Below, piece after piece: positions 61,759-64,000 of a DNA stretch of 64,000 nucleotides (its first letter is position 1; every line of letters starts with the position of its first letter). This DNA is from Salpingoeca rosetta. Lineage: Eukaryota > Protista > Choanoflagellata. The notes beneath the pieces are model-generated. The model searched no databases. It was not told where the DNA came from and saw nothing but the letters and a program-made list of their open reading frames with translations. The translations under genes were made by a program, and so were the position numbers. The stretch covers positions 1,651,944 to 1,715,943 of the forward strand of contig JAWQFM010000003.1 in NCBI GenBank assembly GCA_033442325.1, written 5' to 3'.

Positions 61759-62270
61759 TGGGTGAGGGAACCAGTCTTTGTCAGGAAAGGCGCGGGGGGA
61801 TGAGAAAGAGCGTAAGCGTGTGTCGTTCCGTGTGTTTGTGTGCCACGGATGGGTGTGAGCAGAGTCCATCCATGCTGAAGAGCCACAATCGAAGCAGCGT
61901 ACAGAGAGGTCGCAGACGAGAAGTGCCTGTCTCAGGCCATCCATGGTCCATCCGAGTCCAGACAGGGCGCTATCCATCATGATGGGCACCAGTGGCTGCA
62001 ACCACAAACACGTGCGAATGCGTGCGTGTGTTCAAAATGCTGCACATGGGTTTTGGAGTGTGGTTATTGGGAAGCACAGTCACATCCATCACAACACGCC
62101 TACACACAGTCATTACAGCACACGTGTGCAACACACACACACACACGCACGCACACCCACACGCACGCACGCACACACACACACACCTTCTCCGCGCCAA
62201 AGTGGTGGTGTGCCTCTGCAACGCCGTCGTCAAAGGCGCGCTGCACCACGTTGGCGATGATGTCCTCCAT
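58145..62270 (-). CDS. LRGUK: Leucine-rich repeat and guanylate-kinase-like protein (LRGUK), about 14 exons
   Basis: Cap ALSGLGWTMDGLRQALL; SDS22-like LRRs (LQVINLSNN, LRKLDLSHNAI, LHVLDASRNKI, LQRLNLSHNS); LRRcap YRLSLIFRFKALTKLDGKPVTADEK; linker HPSPRVTAAVDH...YPLIVVTGP; GUK-like FGIEVAAIEAVAAKG...MHERGVHS. Confidence 0.85.
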
Positions 62271-62497
62271 CACGCCACGGCTGTTGTTGTGGCCTTGCTG
62301 TTGTCGATGGTGGTTGTCCTTCCCCTCCTTGCCACGCACAGGCTCCTCCTCCCCCTCTTGACTGTTGTTGATGTTGTTGTTGTTTTGTTGTTGTTGTTGT
62401 TGTTGTTGTGCCTTGCTTGGGTAGGGGCAGGGTGCTTCGGGTGTTTTGTTTGGTGCAGTGCGGGCGCGTTCGTCAGCAGCGCCACAGCCGGTTTGGT

Positions 62498-62534
62498 TGG
62501 CAACGGATCACGACAGCATAAATTTCAGTTGCCA
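62498..62534. promoter_or_regulatory. Two oppositely oriented RFX (X-box half-site) motifs GTTGCCA in the LRGUK/PIERCE divergent promoter
   Basis: TGGCAAC at 62498-62504 (GTTGCCA on the minus strand) and GTTGCCA at 62528-62534, between two ciliary genes. Confidence 0.65.
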
Positions 62535-62630
62535 AGAAGCCACATAAAACAACAACAGCTACCAGCCAGACAACCACAAAGACAAACCCACCATCCACGC
62601 CACACGCCACACGCCACACACAGACCGGAG

Positions 62631-62823
62631 ATGAGCAGCAACGGCAAGCAGCAGAGCAGCGGCAGCGGCAGTGCTCCCGGCACGGCCAATGAGGGCGGTG
62701 TTGCGCACAACGAGGGGAACCCCGTGTTCAGCGCCTCTGGCACCATGAAGACCTCCGACCTCTACGCCACACGCAACTTGCCCGAGCGCTTCGACAACCC
62801 AGGTGTGTGTGGGTGTGTGTGAG

Positions 62824-62893
<70 letters not shown>

Positions 62894-63541
62894 TGTGTGT
62901 CTGTGTGTCTGTGTGTGAGGTTTTGTGTGTGTATCTCCGTATGTTTGTGTGTGTGAACGTGAGACCGTGCATGCGTTGCGTCACACGAGTGTTTGGTAGA
63001 CGTCAAGTTGCACGCTTGTTGTCAGCACGTTGTCTTGAAACTCACTTGCGTTTCTTCTGGTGGTGCGCGCCTCAGGCGAGTTCAAAGGTTACGGAAAGGG
63101 CAAGGGCGGCGAGAACCCAATGTACCAGACATCCAGCAGCTCTTATGGGTGAGCACATGCGCGTAATCAGGCAGTTGTTTGTTGCTCTGTGTTCGTGAGC
63201 CTTGTATGCTGCTGTGTGCTTGAACGCGTTCTTGTGTCTTTGTGTTGTCTTGGCGGCGCTACAACTCACAGCGTGCGCTGTTGACTTTCTTTTCCTTGTT
63301 GCTTGTTTTCATGCGCGGTCCACATCGCTTGCTCGTGGTACGCTTGTCCGTTCCCTCCCCTCTCCCCTTTTGAACCCGTCAACACAGGCTGCTGCCACCC
63401 AACGTTCACACAACGCCGACCGCGTTCCACGGCCTGAACCAGAAGTTCTCCTCGCACCTCGGGCAAGCAGGCATGTCACGGAACACGGGTCTGAACACTG
63501 CAAAGGACAAGAGCAAAGTGCACAAGGCCCTCGACCCCTAA
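62631..63541 (+). CDS. PIERCE1: Piercer of microtubule wall protein (PIERCE1/2, DUF4490); exons 62631-62802, 63076-63148, 63388-63541
   Basis: GNPVFS...KTSDLYATRNLPERFDNP|GEFKGYG...NPMYQTSSSSYG|LLPPNVHTTPTAFHGLNQKFSSHLGQAGMSRNTGLNT. Intron phases are consistent. Confidence 0.9.
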
Positions 63542-63935
63542 ACTAGCTTTCACGTCTACACACCCGCGCTCTCACCCTTCAAAACCCCCACACATGTGGC
63601 GTGTCCACTTATGCCCTCACTTGAGCCTGTGTCGTGTTCATGCGGCCAGCCAAGACTTTCGTTTAATGTTCTCGCTCGCTTGCTTGTCTGTCCACACATT
63701 AATCAAAGGTCACACCTCCAAACCCCACCAGCAGCAACACCATCACGCCTCGTAACGACCAGCTTCAACCCCTCCGAGCCAATACACTGTATCCTCATCT
63801 TCCCTCCCCTCTCCCCTTCAGATGTCCACTCGCCGTGTCATGGCATGCTTGTTCGTATGGGCCAGCGTGGCATTGCAGTCGAAAGTTGCTCCAGCCACGC
63901 TTGCTCACAATAAAAGCCATACCTGTGCACGCGGG

Positions 63936-63971
<36 letters not shown>

Positions 63972-64000
63972 TGGTGGTGTGTGGTGGTGGTGTGTGTGGA

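Overview
This is intron-rich eukaryotic genomic DNA: gene-dense, GT-AG introns, and (GT)n/(CA)n/(CAA)n microsatellites in most introns. The style and gene content point to a unicellular holozoan, most likely a choanoflagellate such as Salpingoeca (inference). Most long entries in the ORF track are microsatellite artefacts. Manual splicing gives 14 protein genes: EMC6 (3' part, +), EAPP (-), a 2174-aa PH-like/Cys-rich/ARM/TIR/SAM-SAM protein (+), an atlastin with an N-terminal ubiquitin-like extension (+), MTR4 (+), a MYND-finger protein (+), MLH3 (-, 5' end missing), a class-I methyltransferase-like protein (+, 5' end missing), ABCC10/MRP7 (-), a peroxisomal SERHL-like hydrolase (-), a bacterial-type MMPL/RND transporter (+), UCHL3-like (+), LRGUK (-) and PIERCE (+). 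The best candidate for an undescribed system is the large SARM1-like protein at 3261-12146. It has a permuted domain order (ARM-TIR-SAM-SAM), an intact TIR catalytic glutamate and a putative membrane-targeting N-terminus. Also notable: the Ubl-atlastin fusion next to it, the head-to-head MMPL/hydrolase pair, and an RFX-type bidirectional ciliary promoter. All family calls come from motif recognition by eye; no database search was run.
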